Shown in pieces: positions 1 to 9,932 of a stretch of 64,000 nt of DNA (positions are counted from its first letter, which is position 1; the number at the start of each line of letters is the position of its first letter). Location: the NCBI GenBank assembly GCA_045616785.1, contig JAZLHJ010000055.1, forward strand, positions 9,715 through 73,714. Direction: 5' to 3'. The DNA is from Lachnospiraceae bacterium (GTDB taxonomy: Bacteria; Bacillota; Clostridia; Lachnospirales; Lachnospiraceae). The position numbers and the translations under genes are program-made. Under the pieces are notes generated by a model. That model was not told where the DNA came from. It saw nothing but the letters and a program-made list of their open reading frames with translations, and did not search any database.

Positions 1-815
1 CATCGATTGTTAGATTTGTGATATTTGCACAGACAGGGTATAATCTGATTCTGTTCCCGGTGGTTCTTGTGGGAATTATCGCATTTCTTGTATCCGAAAA
101 GAGAAATCTTTCGGTTTTCCTGATATTTATCTGTGGCGGTTTTGCTTTTACCTTCTGTTCATCCCTTGCATCCAATCAGGGAATAAATGCGGTCTGCATG
201 GGAATGCCGATTATGCTCATGGGAGCAGGCATTGCGATTTATGATTATATGGAGTGCGAAGATGAAAGAAAGTCGGCTGCAAAGACGGTATTAATTTCGG
301 GAACCGTTCTTGCCTCGGTTCTTATTCTTGCAGAGATATATGTGAAGGCTGTTCATGCTTTCTGGGAACCGAGTGTGGCAAAATGCAGTAAGGTAATAAC
401 GGAAGGTCCATTGTCGGGACTTTATACTTCTGAGGATAATTATGCGAAGATTCGGGAATATATTGATGATATGACAATAGTAAAGAGGATAACGGATCCT
501 TCCGATGAGACACTTCTTATCACAGTATGCCCCTGGAATTACCTTATGCTCGGAGGCGAATACGGAACATATTCATCCTGGGTTTCTTCAACCTATGCCA
601 CGTCAAATCCAAATGAAGTTCTGCTGGGCAGACTGCAAAGCTATTATGAACTTCATCCTGATAAGATACCGCGAATAATCTATATTTCAAGAAATGATGA
701 ATGGGATTTTTCCGAATTTGACGGAAAGAGCAGGACGGATATGCCGTGGGGAAAAACGTACGAAATAATCGGTATGACATACGGTTGGACGCTCTACTAT
801 AAAGAAAATTTATAA
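1..815 (+). CDS. Polytopic membrane protein, 3' portion (5' end probably outside the window)
   Basis: The reading frame is open from the window edge, with no stop between nt 3 and the GTG at 18. The translated piece has several hydrophobic helices (LILFPVVLVGIIAFLV, VFLIFICGGFAFTF, MGMPIMLMGAGIAIY, VLISGTVLASVLILA) followed by a ~160 aa soluble C-terminal domain. No family recognised. Confidence 0.5.
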   Translation, partial: SIVRFVIFAQTGYNLILFPVVLVGIIAFLVSEKRNLSVFLIFICGGFAFTFCSSLASNQGINAVCMGMPIMLMGAGIAIYDYMECEDERKSAAKTVLISGTVLASVLILAEIYVKAVHAFWEPSVAKCSKVITEGPLSGLYTSEDNYAKIREYIDDMTIVKRITDPSDETLLITVCPWNYLMLGGEYGTYSSWVSSTYATSNPNEVLLGRLQSYYELHPDKIPRIIYISRNDEWDFSEFDGKSRTDMPWGKTYEIIGMTYGWTLYYKENL

Positions 816-856
816 AAAATTATTCTCTTTTTATGGATATTATTACAAAAAACACA

Positions 857-862
857 TAGAAT
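857..862 (+). promoter_or_regulatory. Candidate -10 box (TAGAAT) upstream of ftsH
   Basis: TAGAAT lies at 857-862, with a weak -35-like TGGATA at 834-839 (17-nt spacer), 35 nt upstream of the ftsH ATG. Only a motif match. Confidence 0.3.
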
Positions 863-896
863 AGAGAAAAATAAGAAAAAGATAAACGGTGAAAAT

Positions 897-3185
897 ATGG
901 ATAACAACATTAACGAGTTTGATAAGAATCAGGGAGGCGGAAGCGGAAACAACAGTCACGGGAACAGCGGAAACGGTAATGGCGGCGGTAATAAGAAAAG
1001 TCCCAAGGGCTCCAATATTATGCTGGTGCTTATTGCTAGCCTTCTTGTTATTCTTGCTGTAAGCTGGTTTCTTAAGAGTACAACTGCAGGAAGCAATATT
1101 GAGATAACTTACGACCAGTTTTTAACAATGCTGGAAGAAAAGAAAGTCGCTTCGGTAGAAATTACTGATACCCAACTTAATATCTATCCCGATTTAAAAC
1201 AGGTGACATCCTTTGCGGAGATGCAGCAGACCTATTACACCGGTCTTGCCGAATCCGATTCGATAATAAGCGAAAGACTGGAAAAAGCGGGCGTAGAGTA
1301 TACGCGTGAGATTCCCGACGGCTCGAGCTGGATTGTATCTCTTCTCATAAGCTACGGCATTCCGCTTCTTATTCTGTGGATTCTTCTCGGCTTTCTCTTT
1401 AGAAAAGTCGGCGGCTCCGGCGGTCCTATGGGCGTTGGAAAGAGTAATGCCAAGGTCTATGTACAGAAGGAAACGGGGATTACATTTGCTGATGTTGCAG
1501 GTGAGGATGAAGCCAAGGAATCACTTGTAGAGGTTGTGGATTTCCTTCATAATCCCGAGAAATATAATAAAATCGGTGCAAGACTTCCCAAGGGCGCGCT
1601 TCTTGTAGGCCCTCCCGGAACAGGTAAAACACTTCTTGCCAAGGCTGTTGCAGGCGAAGCAAAGGTTCCTTTTTTCTCACTTGCGGGTTCGGACTTTATT
1701 GAGCTTTATGTCGGTGTGGGTGCATCGCGTGTGCGTGACCTTTTCAAGGAGGCAGAGAAAAATGCCCCCTGTATCGTATTCATAGATGAAATTGATGCCA
1801 TCGGTCGAAGCCGTGACAGTAAGTATGGCGGCGGCAATGAGGAAAGAGAGCAGACTCTTAACCAGCTTCTTTCCGAAATGGATGGTTTTGACGGCAAAAA
1901 AGGTATCATCATTCTTGCGGCTACGAACAGACCTCAAATTCTTGATAAGGCACTTCTTCGTCCGGGACGATTTGACAGAAGAATTATCGTTGATAAACCC
2001 GATCTTAAAGGCCGTGTGGAGATTCTCAAGGTTCACAGCAAGGATGTCCTTATGGATGAAACAGTCGATCTTGATGAAATTGCACTTGCAACAAGCGGTG
2101 CGGTAGGTTCCGATCTTGCCAATATGATTAATGAGGCTGCAATCAATGCAGTTAAGGAAGGCCGCGGATTTGTATCGCAGAAGGATCTCTTTACTGCTGT
2201 TGAAGTAGTTCTTGTAGGTAAAGAGAAAAAAGACCGCATTATGAGTCAGAAGGAGCGAAGAATAGTCTCCTACCATGAAGTCGGACATGCACTCATTTCC
2301 GCACTCCAGAAGAATTCCGAGCCTGTGCAGAAAATTACAATTGTTCCGAGAACAATGGGAGCACTCGGCTATGTTATGCAGGTTCCCGAAGAAGAAAAGT
2401 ATCTTAATACAGAAGCCGAACTTCATGACATGATTGTCGGACTTCTCGGCGGACGTGCTGCGGAAGAGATTATTTTTGATACTGTTACAACAGGTGCTTC
2501 AAATGATATTGAGAAGGCTACTTCAATTGCGAGAGCGATGGTTACTCAGTACGGTATGAGTAAGAAGTTCGGTCTGATGAGCCTCGAGACAATAGAAAGC
2601 CAGTATCTTGACGGAAGAGCAGCACTTAACTGTGCAGATGTGACAGCTTCCGAAATTGATGAAGAGGTTAAGAAAATCCTTAAGGAATGCTATAAGGAAG
2701 CAAAACACCTTCTTAAGGAAAACCGTGAAAGTATGGATAAACTTGCAGAGTATCTGATTGCAAGAGAGACAATAACCGGTAAGGAATTTATGAGAATCTT
2801 CCGTGAGGTAAAGGGAATTCCCGAGCCCGAAGAGGAGAAGAAAAATCCGGAAGAAGTAAGTAATGAGGGTAATAAAGAGGAAACTCCCGTAAATGTCACT
2901 TCTGATATAACGGAGGAAAGTAAAGAGACGGAGGAAGCTCCTACAGAGGAAACACCGGAACCTGTTCCCGGAAGAGCCACGGCTCCCGGTGAGGGATGGC
3001 ATCAGCCTACCGCAAGAATATTCGGAGAAAAGCCGGCTGAATCCGAAGCGGCTGCCGGCCGCACTGTTCCCGAACCTGAAGATGATTTTGCCAGAGCGTT
3101 AAAAGAGCGTCTTTATAAAGAGAGCGTAGAGGAAAAACAGGAAGAACAGAATAAGAAAGATACAAAAGATGAATCAGACGTTTGA
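897..3185 (+). CDS. ftsH: ATP-dependent zinc metalloprotease FtsH
   Basis: 762 aa. Two TM helices flank a periplasmic-type loop. Motifs present: AAA+ Walker A GPPGTGKT, Walker B IVFIDEID, zinc-protease HEVGH. Carries a Gly/Asn-rich N-terminal tail and a ~150 aa acidic C-terminal tail. Confidence 0.97.
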   Translation: MDNNINEFDKNQGGGSGNNSHGNSGNGNGGGNKKSPKGSNIMLVLIASLLVILAVSWFLKSTTAGSNIEITYDQFLTMLEEKKVASVEITDTQLNIYPDLKQVTSFAEMQQTYYTGLAESDSIISERLEKAGVEYTREIPDGSSWIVSLLISYGIPLLILWILLGFLFRKVGGSGGPMGVGKSNAKVYVQKETGITFADVAGEDEAKESLVEVVDFLHNPEKYNKIGARLPKGALLVGPPGTGKTLLAKAVAGEAKVPFFSLAGSDFIELYVGVGASRVRDLFKEAEKNAPCIVFIDEIDAIGRSRDSKYGGGNEEREQTLNQLLSEMDGFDGKKGIIILAATNRPQILDKALLRPGRFDRRIIVDKPDLKGRVEILKVHSKDVLMDETVDLDEIALATSGAVGSDLANMINEAAINAVKEGRGFVSQKDLFTAVEVVLVGKEKKDRIMSQKERRIVSYHEVGHALISALQKNSEPVQKITIVPRTMGALGYVMQVPEEEKYLNTEAELHDMIVGLLGGRAAEEIIFDTVTTGASNDIEKATSIARAMVTQYGMSKKFGLMSLETIESQYLDGRAALNCADVTASEIDEEVKKILKECYKEAKHLLKENRESMDKLAEYLIARETITGKEFMRIFREVKGIPEPEEEKKNPEEVSNEGNKEETPVNVTSDITEESKETEEAPTEETPEPVPGRATAPGEGWHQPTARIFGEKPAESEAAAGRTVPEPEDDFARALKERLYKESVEEKQEEQNKKDTKDESDV

Positions 3186-5019
3186 TGTCGCAGAAGAGCT
3201 GAAAAAACTCCCGGGAAAACCGGGAGTTTATATTATGCATGACGAATTTGATACAGTTATCTATGTCGGAAAGGCCGTGAACCTGCATAACAGGGTACGG
3301 TCTTATTTTCGTAAATTCATCGGAAGAGGTCCCGCGATAGACCAAATGGTTGAGAAAATCGCCTATTTTGAATATATCGTGACTGATTCCGAGCTTGAAG
3401 CGCTTGTACTTGAGAATAATCTGATTAAGGAACACAGACCGAAATACAATACGCTTCTTAAGGACGATAAAACGTATCCGTATATCAAAGTAACTGTTTT
3501 CGAAGCGTTTCCGAGGCTTTTGTTCGCAAGAAATGTAAAGAGAGACAGATCGAGATATTTCGGACCTTATACAAACGGCGCTGCCGTAAGAGATACAATT
3601 GAGCTCCTTAACAAAGTATACGGCCTCAGAAACTGTAACAGAAATCTTCCTTCCGATATAGGAAAAGAGAGAACCTGCCTTAATTACCACATAGGCTGCT
3701 GCAGCGGTCCATGTAACGGACATATATCCCGTGAGGAATACAGAAAAAGTGTTGAACTTGCTCTTGATTTTCTGTCCGGCAATCACAGGCAGATAGAAAA
3801 GGAGCTTGAAGCCAGGATGCTTGAGGCTTCCGAAAATCTTGAATTTGAAGAAGCGTCGAGATACAGGGATCTTCTCGCAAATGTAAAGCTTGTTTCGGAG
3901 AAACAGAAGATTACAAATTCCGACGGCGAAGACCGCGATATTATTGCACTTTGTCATGAAGAAAGTGACTGTGTGGTTCAGGTCTTCTTTGTAAGAGACG
4001 GAAGACTTATCGGACGGGAACATTATTATATGACAAATGTGTCAGAAACAAGTGACGGAAAAATACTTACCGGATTTATAGAGCAGTTCTATTCCGGAAC
4101 TCCGTTTATTCCCAAAGAGTTAATGCTTCAGCATGAGATAGAGAACCCGGAACTGATAGAAGAGTGGCTTTCTTCCAAGAGAGGAACCAGGGTTCATGTG
4201 ATAATACCCAAGATCGGTCAGCGGGAAAAGCTTGTTGAGCTTGCTGCCGAAAATGCCAGAGTCGTTCTTGCAAACGACAGGGAAAGGATAAGGAGAGAAG
4301 AAGGTCGCACAATCGGTGCCGTCAAGGAAATAGCTGACCTTTTGTCTCTTTCCGAAATTACACGTATGGAGGCATTTGATATTTCCAATATCAGCGGATT
4401 TGCAAATGTCGGTTCCATGGTTGTATTTGAGAAGGGAAAACCCAAAAGAAGCGATTACAGAAAATTTAAAATTAAGACGGTTGCGGGTCCGGATGACTAT
4501 GCCTGCATGAGGGAAGTGCTCACAAGAAGGTTTGAAAGAGGAACAAGCGGTGAGGATATGTCTTCTTTTTCCAGACTTCCGGATCTGCTTATGATGGACG
4601 GAGGAAAAGGACAGGTCGGAATTGCGCTTGAGGTACTTTCGCAGCTTGGCGTTAATATTCCGGTATGCGGAATGGTTAAGGATGACAACCACAGAACAAG
4701 AGGCCTTTACTATAACAATGAGCTTGTTCCGATCGATACAAGGTCCGAGGGCTTTAAGCTGATTACAAGAATTCAGGATGAGGCGCACAGATTTGCGATA
4801 GAGTATCACAGATCACTTCGAAGCAAGGCGCAGACGCATTCGATTCTGGATGAAATACCGGGAGTGGGACCCGAGAGAAGAAAGGCACTTATGAGAAGCT
4901 TTGATTCGATTGAAGAAATTAAGATTTCTTCTCCGGAAGTGATGTCTGAGAAAGCGGGGATTCCGCTTCCTGTTTCCGAAAAGATACATGAATTCTTTCA
5001 CAAAAATGATAATATTTGA
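3169..5019 (+). CDS. uvrC: Excinuclease ABC subunit C
   Basis: 616 aa. GIY-YIG N-terminus ([26 protein letters not shown]) and C-terminal helix-hairpin-helix ([20 protein letters not shown]). The start overlaps the ftsH 3' end by 17 nt. Confidence 0.97.
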   Translation: MNQTFDVAEELKKLPGKPGVYIMHDEFDTVIYVGKAVNLHNRVRSYFRKFIGRGPAIDQMVEKIAYFEYIVTDSELEALVLENNLIKEHRPKYNTLLKDDKTYPYIKVTVFEAFPRLLFARNVKRDRSRYFGPYTNGAAVRDTIELLNKVYGLRNCNRNLPSDIGKERTCLNYHIGCCSGPCNGHISREEYRKSVELALDFLSGNHRQIEKELEARMLEASENLEFEEASRYRDLLANVKLVSEKQKITNSDGEDRDIIALCHEESDCVVQVFFVRDGRLIGREHYYMTNVSETSDGKILTGFIEQFYSGTPFIPKELMLQHEIENPELIEEWLSSKRGTRVHVIIPKIGQREKLVELAAENARVVLANDRERIRREEGRTIGAVKEIADLLSLSEITRMEAFDISNISGFANVGSMVVFEKGKPKRSDYRKFKIKTVAGPDDYACMREVLTRRFERGTSGEDMSSFSRLPDLLMMDGGKGQVGIALEVLSQLGVNIPVCGMVKDDNHRTRGLYYNNELVPIDTRSEGFKLITRIQDEAHRFAIEYHRSLRSKAQTHSILDEIPGVGPERRKALMRSFDSIEEIKISSPEVMSEKAGIPLPVSEKIHEFFHKNDNI

Positions 5020-5054
5020 TATACTGTAATTTGTATATTAAGGAGGGTTATGCC

Positions 5055-5996
5055 ATGGCAGGATTAAAACTTACTGAAATAATTGAAAAAGAGAAACTTG
5101 TTAATCTGACACCTGATATTGATATCTCCAAAATCAGAATTAAACAGCCCGATATCAATCGTCCGGCACTTCAGCTTGCGGGATATTTCGAGCATTTCGA
5201 AGCAACGAGACTTCAGGTTATCGGATTCGTAGAGTACAGTTACATCAGTTCAATGTCAGAGAAGAAGAAAAGAGAAGCTCTCGAAGCTCTTTTGTCACAT
5301 CCGATCCCTGCCATTGTGTTCTGCAGAGAACTGACTCCCGGACCTGTTTTCCTTGAAATTGCCAATAAGCACGGCATTCCGGTTCTTTCAACCAAGAAAG
5401 CAACGTCAGCGTTTATGGCTGAGATAATCAGATGGATGAATGTTAAACTGGCACCGATGATTTCCGTACACGGAGTTCTTGTTGATGTATACGGCGAAGG
5501 TGTTCTTATTACAGGTGAGAGCGGAATCGGTAAATCAGAAGCAGCGCTTGAACTTATAAAGAGAGGACATCGACTTGTTACCGATGATGTCGTTGAGATA
5601 AGAAAGGTTTCCGAAGATACCCTTATAGGAACTGCACCTGATATTACCAAGCATTTTATCGAACTTCGCGGAATCGGAATTGTTGATGTTAAGACACTTT
5701 TCGGTGTATCAAGTGTACGTGATACCCAGAACATTGACCTTGTAATCAAGCTTGAGGACTGGGACAGAGACAAGGAATATGACAGACTCGGACTTGAAGA
5801 GGAATATACAGAGTATCTTGGTAACAAGGTAGTATGCCATACACTTCCCATAAGACCCGGACGAAATCTTGCAATTATCTGTGAATCAGCAGCTGTTAAT
5901 CACAGACAGAAGAAGATGGGTTATAATGCGGTTCAGGAACTTTACCAGAGAGTACAGCGTTCGCTTGCCGCAAAACGCGAGGAGGAAGAAGAGTAA
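5055..5996 (+). CDS. hprK: HPr kinase/phosphorylase
   Basis: The track ORF begins at 5016, but GGAGG at 5042-5046 precedes the in-frame ATG at 5055 (MAGLKLTEII), so 5055 is taken as the start. P-loop GESGIGKSE, then RLVTDDVVEI and ELRGIGIVDV, typical of HprK/P. Confidence 0.93.
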   Translation: MAGLKLTEIIEKEKLVNLTPDIDISKIRIKQPDINRPALQLAGYFEHFEATRLQVIGFVEYSYISSMSEKKKREALEALLSHPIPAIVFCRELTPGPVFLEIANKHGIPVLSTKKATSAFMAEIIRWMNVKLAPMISVHGVLVDVYGEGVLITGESGIGKSEAALELIKRGHRLVTDDVVEIRKVSEDTLIGTAPDITKHFIELRGIGIVDVKTLFGVSSVRDTQNIDLVIKLEDWDRDKEYDRLGLEEEYTEYLGNKVVCHTLPIRPGRNLAIICESAAVNHRQKKMGYNAVQELYQRVQRSLAAKREEEEE

Positions 5997-6931
5997 TGTC
6001 AAAATATATTTTCGGAGTTGACCTGGGTGGAACAACAGTTAAGCTTGGATTTTTTGATGAGGAAGGAACAGTTCTCGAGAAATGGGAAATCCCGACAAGG
6101 AAGGATTTTGACGGCAAATATATCCTTCCCGATATAGCAGATTCGATTCTCGCCAAGATGGAAGAGAAGGATCTGGAAAAAGAGAATGTTATCGGTGTCG
6201 GAATTGGTGTTCCCGGCCCTGTCAATGAGGAAGGCGTAATCTTCGGAGCTGCCAATCTCGGCTGGGGAACAATGAATATTAATGATGCGCTTTCATCACT
6301 TACAGGACTTAGCGTAAAAGCAGGTAATGATGCAAATGTTGCTGCTCTCGGCGAAATGTGGAAGGGCGGCGGTCAGGGATACAAGAATATGATAGCCGTT
6401 ACACTCGGAACCGGAGTGGGAGGCGGAATTATCTCCGAAGGAAAGCTTCTTGCAGGCGCAACCGGTGCAGGCGGAGAAATCGGTCATATCCATGTTGAAG
6501 ATAATGAAAGTGATGTATGCGGATGCGGTAATACAGGGTGTCTTGAGCAGTATGCTTCGGCAACCGGAATTGTAAGACTTGCCAAAAGAACGCTTGAAGA
6601 GAGCAGTATGGATTCTTCATTAAGATCTGTTGAGATATCGGCAAAGACTGTTTTTGATGCCGTAAAGGAAGGCGATGCCCTTGCAATTCTTATTGCACAG
6701 CGTTTTGGTGAGTATCTCGGAAAAGGACTGGCAGCAGTTGCCTGTGTTGTAAATCCCGAGATTTTCGTAATCGGCGGTGGTGTGTCAAAGGCCGGCCCCG
6801 TACTTCTGGATTTTATACTCGATCCGTATAAGAAATATGTATTCAGAGGAAGCCGCGACGCAAAATTTGCTCTTGCGACACTTGGGAATGATGCGGGAAT
6901 ATACGGTGCCGCAAAACTTGTGAAGGATTAA
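5996..6931 (+). CDS. glcK: ROK-family glucokinase
   Basis: 311 aa. N-terminal ATP-binding FGVDLGGTTVKLG and the ROK zinc motif CGCGNTGCLEQYAS. The ATG overlaps the hprK stop (TAATG). Confidence 0.85.
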   Translation: MSKYIFGVDLGGTTVKLGFFDEEGTVLEKWEIPTRKDFDGKYILPDIADSILAKMEEKDLEKENVIGVGIGVPGPVNEEGVIFGAANLGWGTMNINDALSSLTGLSVKAGNDANVAALGEMWKGGGQGYKNMIAVTLGTGVGGGIISEGKLLAGATGAGGEIGHIHVEDNESDVCGCGNTGCLEQYASATGIVRLAKRTLEESSMDSSLRSVEISAKTVFDAVKEGDALAILIAQRFGEYLGKGLAAVACVVNPEIFVIGGGVSKAGPVLLDFILDPYKKYVFRGSRDAKFALATLGNDAGIYGAAKLVKD

Positions 6932-6938
6932 TGTTAAA

Positions 6939-7850
6939 ATGAGTCTTGCTGCAATGAATTATCTCAGGGAGAAGCTGAAAGCAGAGAATATACTTACGGA
7001 TGAACCATTGTCTCTGCACACCTCTTTTAAGGTTGGCGGGCCCGCAAAATGTTATGCGCTTGTCGAAGATGAAGACCTTCTTGCTGATATAATTTCGTAC
7101 TTTTATAAAATAGAACAACCGTACTTTATCATCGGTAACGGAAGTAACCTCCTTGTATCCGACAAGGGATATGACGGTATTGTCATAAAGCTTTCGGGGA
7201 AACTGTGCAGTGTGGAAGCAGACGGGGACAGAATTATCTGTGGGGCAGGTGCTCTTTTATCTCAGGCAGCGCACCTTGCAATGGAGAATTCACTTACCGG
7301 GCTTGAGTTTGCATCGGGAATACCGGGCAGTATAGGCGGCGGCGTAATTATGAATGCCGGAGCTTATGACGGCGATATGTCAATGGTGGTGGACAGTGTA
7401 AATGTTATTAACCGCACCGGCGAGAAGATGGTTCTTTTCCGTGATTCGCTTGATTTCAAATACAGACAGAGCGCAATTAAGGGAAGAGGTTATATTGTTA
7501 CGAAGGTTAATCTGTCATTAAAACCTGGAGAGAAGGATTCCATAAAAAGCAGGATGGATGAGCTTTCGGCACTTCGAAGAAGTAAACAGCCGCTTGAGTA
7601 TCCGAGCGGGGGAAGCACCTTCAAAAGACCCGAAGGTCACTTTGCAGGTAAGCTTATTATGGATGCGGGGCTTTCCGGATTTACAGTCGGCGGCGCGCAG
7701 ATATCTGAGAAACACTGCGGTTTTGTAATAAATAAAGGCTCTGCAACGGCTTCTGACATTAAGAAAGTTATGGATGAAGCCACAAGAAAAGTCAGTGATA
7801 CTTTTCATGTACGACTTGAGCCGGAAGTAATACTTATTGGAGAATTCTGA
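6939..7850 (+). CDS. murB: UDP-N-acetylenolpyruvoylglucosamine reductase
   Basis: 303 aa with a FAD-binding PCMH-type N-domain (FKVGGPA.., IIGNGSNLLVSD) and a MurB C-terminal domain (GGSTFKRP, GGAQISEKHCGFVIN). Confidence 0.93.
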   Translation: MSLAAMNYLREKLKAENILTDEPLSLHTSFKVGGPAKCYALVEDEDLLADIISYFYKIEQPYFIIGNGSNLLVSDKGYDGIVIKLSGKLCSVEADGDRIICGAGALLSQAAHLAMENSLTGLEFASGIPGSIGGGVIMNAGAYDGDMSMVVDSVNVINRTGEKMVLFRDSLDFKYRQSAIKGRGYIVTKVNLSLKPGEKDSIKSRMDELSALRRSKQPLEYPSGGSTFKRPEGHFAGKLIMDAGLSGFTVGGAQISEKHCGFVINKGSATASDIKKVMDEATRKVSDTFHVRLEPEVILIGEF

Positions 7851-8713
7851 TGCGTTTTGTTATTGTTACCGGGATGAGCGGCGGAGGAAAAAGAACGGCG
7901 CTTAAGATGCTTGAGGATATCGGATTTTACTGCGTTGATAATCTTCCTGTTGCACTTATCGAGAATTTCGTGGAGCTTATTGCCACGCCTAACAGTGAGA
8001 TTTCAAAGGTCGCGCTCGGACTTGATGTAAGAGCGGGCCAATCCTTCGAAGGCGTTTCCGATATGCTTGAAGGAATAAGAAAGAACGGTTACAATTTCGA
8101 TATAATTTTCATGGAGGCAAGTGATGAAGTTCTTCTCAGAAGATATAAGGAGAGCAGGAGACTTCACCCGTTATCGCCCGAAGGAAGAGTTAAAGACGGA
8201 ATTGAGAAGGAACGTGTCATTCTCGAACCGATAAAAGCCATTTCGGACTATGTATTTGATACTTCGATGCTTCTTACAAGGGAACTTCAGGAGGAAATTG
8301 ACAGGATATATGTTAATAATGAGGAATATAACAGCCTTATGGTTAACATTATTTCCTTTGGTTTTAAGAACGGAATACCGCAGGATGCGGACCTGGTATT
8401 TGATGTCCGTTTTCTTCCGAATCCGTTTTATATTGAGGAACTTAAGCATAAGACAGGAAATGACGACGAGGTTCGTGATTATGTAATGAACTTCGGTGAG
8501 TCGAAGGTTTTTCTCGATAAACTGTCGGATATGATTCAGTTTCTGATTCCGAATTATATAAAAGAGGGTAAATACCAGCTGGTTATCGCAATCGGATGTA
8601 CCGGCGGCAAGCACAGAAGTGTTACCCTTGCAAACGAGCTGTATAAGAACCTGAAGGGGAAGGGGAAATACGGGCTTACGATCAGTCACAGGGATATTAT
8701 TACAGGGTTGTAG
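7850..8713 (+). CDS. rapZ: RNase adapter / nucleotide-binding protein RapZ (YvcJ)
   Basis: 287 aa. P-loop GMSGGGKRTA at the N-terminus and conserved C-terminal CTGGKHRSV. The start overlaps the murB stop. Confidence 0.93.
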   Translation: MRFVIVTGMSGGGKRTALKMLEDIGFYCVDNLPVALIENFVELIATPNSEISKVALGLDVRAGQSFEGVSDMLEGIRKNGYNFDIIFMEASDEVLLRRYKESRRLHPLSPEGRVKDGIEKERVILEPIKAISDYVFDTSMLLTRELQEEIDRIYVNNEEYNSLMVNIISFGFKNGIPQDADLVFDVRFLPNPFYIEELKHKTGNDDEVRDYVMNFGESKVFLDKLSDMIQFLIPNYIKEGKYQLVIAIGCTGGKHRSVTLANELYKNLKGKGKYGLTISHRDIITGL

Positions 8714-8715
8714 AT

Positions 8716-9615
8716 ATGTCTTTTTCCGGAGATGTAAAAGAAGAACTTGAAAAAGCAGTGGGGAGCGGCAGGCATTGTCAGATAGCGGAGCTTGCAATGC
8801 TCCTTACGTTTTGCGCTGAAATAACAGAAGAAAACGGCGAAAAAAGCATTGTAATAAAAGACCCGGATACCTATGCAGGCAGAAAATGCTTTACACTTTT
8901 GAAAAAAGCATATAATATAGATTCTGGGTTTTTCGGGGAAAACTTGCAGGAGGTAATAAAATCCTGTAAACTTGGTGAAAGTGACACAATTTCACCGCTT
9001 CTTATTAAGAATTCCTGCTGCAAGAGGGCAGCACTGAGGGGGGCTTTTCTCAGCGCCGGTTCAATATCGGACCCTGAGAAAGGGTATCATCTGGAATTTG
9101 TATGCGGAAGCCTTGATGCAGCAGAACGAATACTTGAACTTCTGCAGAGTTTTGAGCTTGAGGGAAGAATAGTCCTTCGTAAGAAATACCATGTTGTATA
9201 TCTTAAGGAGGGTTCGGCGATAGTCGATTTCCTAAATATTATTGAAGCTCATGTATCACTTATGAATCTGGAGAATCTGAGGATTCTTAAAGATATAGGC
9301 AATAATGTGAACAGGCGTGTAAACTGCGAAGTTGCCAACAGCATGAAGACAATCGGCGCAGCCGGTCGTCAGATAGCAGACATCAGCCTGATTCAACAAA
9401 CACGTGGACTTGATTCGCTTCCGGAGTCGCTTTTTGAGGCCGCCGAGATACGGCTTAAGTATCCGGAGGAACCGCTGCTTACGCTTGCAGGACTCATGGA
9501 TCCGCCAATCGGTAAATCGGGAATGAATCACAGGCTCAGGAAAATTTCTGAAATTGCTGAAGAAATCAGAAATGAAAGCCTTGTTCCTCGTGACAGGGAG
9601 GAAAAGTTATTATGA
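8716..9615 (+). CDS. whiA: Sporulation/cell-division regulator WhiA
   Basis: 299 aa. Characteristic MSFSGDVKEEL N-terminus, a degenerate LAGLIDADG-like core and a C-terminal HTH. Sits in the canonical position after rapZ. Confidence 0.93.
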   Translation: MSFSGDVKEELEKAVGSGRHCQIAELAMLLTFCAEITEENGEKSIVIKDPDTYAGRKCFTLLKKAYNIDSGFFGENLQEVIKSCKLGESDTISPLLIKNSCCKRAALRGAFLSAGSISDPEKGYHLEFVCGSLDAAERILELLQSFELEGRIVLRKKYHVVYLKEGSAIVDFLNIIEAHVSLMNLENLRILKDIGNNVNRRVNCEVANSMKTIGAAGRQIADISLIQQTRGLDSLPESLFEAAEIRLKYPEEPLLTLAGLMDPPIGKSGMNHRLRKISEIAEEIRNESLVPRDREEKLL

Positions 9616-9872
9616 GAAAAGAAACAGCAACAGTTATGTTGCAGAACGGACTTGAGGCGCGCCCTATTGCGGTTCTTGTTCAGCTTGCAAGTCAGTTTGA
9701 GTGCAAAGTCTATCTTGAAACCGAAGGCAAAAGAGTAAATGCCAAAAGTATTATGGGTATGATGAGCCTTGGACTCGGTGTCAATGAAAGTGTAACCATT
9801 GAGACAGACGGTGTTGATGAAGATAAGGCAGTAGAAAAGCTTGTCGCTTTTCTTAGCGGTAAAGAAGAGTAA
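9612..9872 (+). CDS. HPr-family protein, Crh-like (Ser46 region kept, no His15)
   Basis: 86 aa. NGLEARPIA replaces the GIHARPA loop of HPr (Glu at the His15 position). VNAKSIMGMMSLG keeps the HprK target Ser46 context. The protein contains no histidine at all. Its position after whiA matches B. subtilis crh. Confidence 0.85.
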   Translation: MRKETATVMLQNGLEARPIAVLVQLASQFECKVYLETEGKRVNAKSIMGMMSLGLGVNESVTIETDGVDEDKAVEKLVAFLSGKEE

Positions 9873-9883
9873 AAGGTAAAAAG

Positions 9884-9916
9884 AAAAGGGTCCGTAGGGC
9901 CTTTTTCTTTTTTTTC
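9884..9916 (+). terminator. Probable intrinsic terminator after the crh-like gene
   Basis: Imperfect hairpin AAAAGG..CCTTTT around GTCCGTAGGG, followed by a T-rich run (CTTTTTCTTTTTTTT). Confidence 0.5.
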
Positions 9917-9932
9917 GAAAGGTTATTTATAA

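Noticed and set aside
1677-2426. 249-aa minus-strand ORF, plus several shorter ones, inside ftsH
   Set aside because: It is entirely antisense to a gene with unambiguous FtsH motifs. The translation is low-complexity and Cys/Phe/Ile-rich with no motifs, which is typical of a shadow ORF.
3007-4023. 338-aa minus-strand ORF antisense to the ftsH 3' end and uvrC
   Set aside because: It overlaps the strongly supported UvrC GIY-YIG region and has no RBS or recognisable domain. Shadow ORF.
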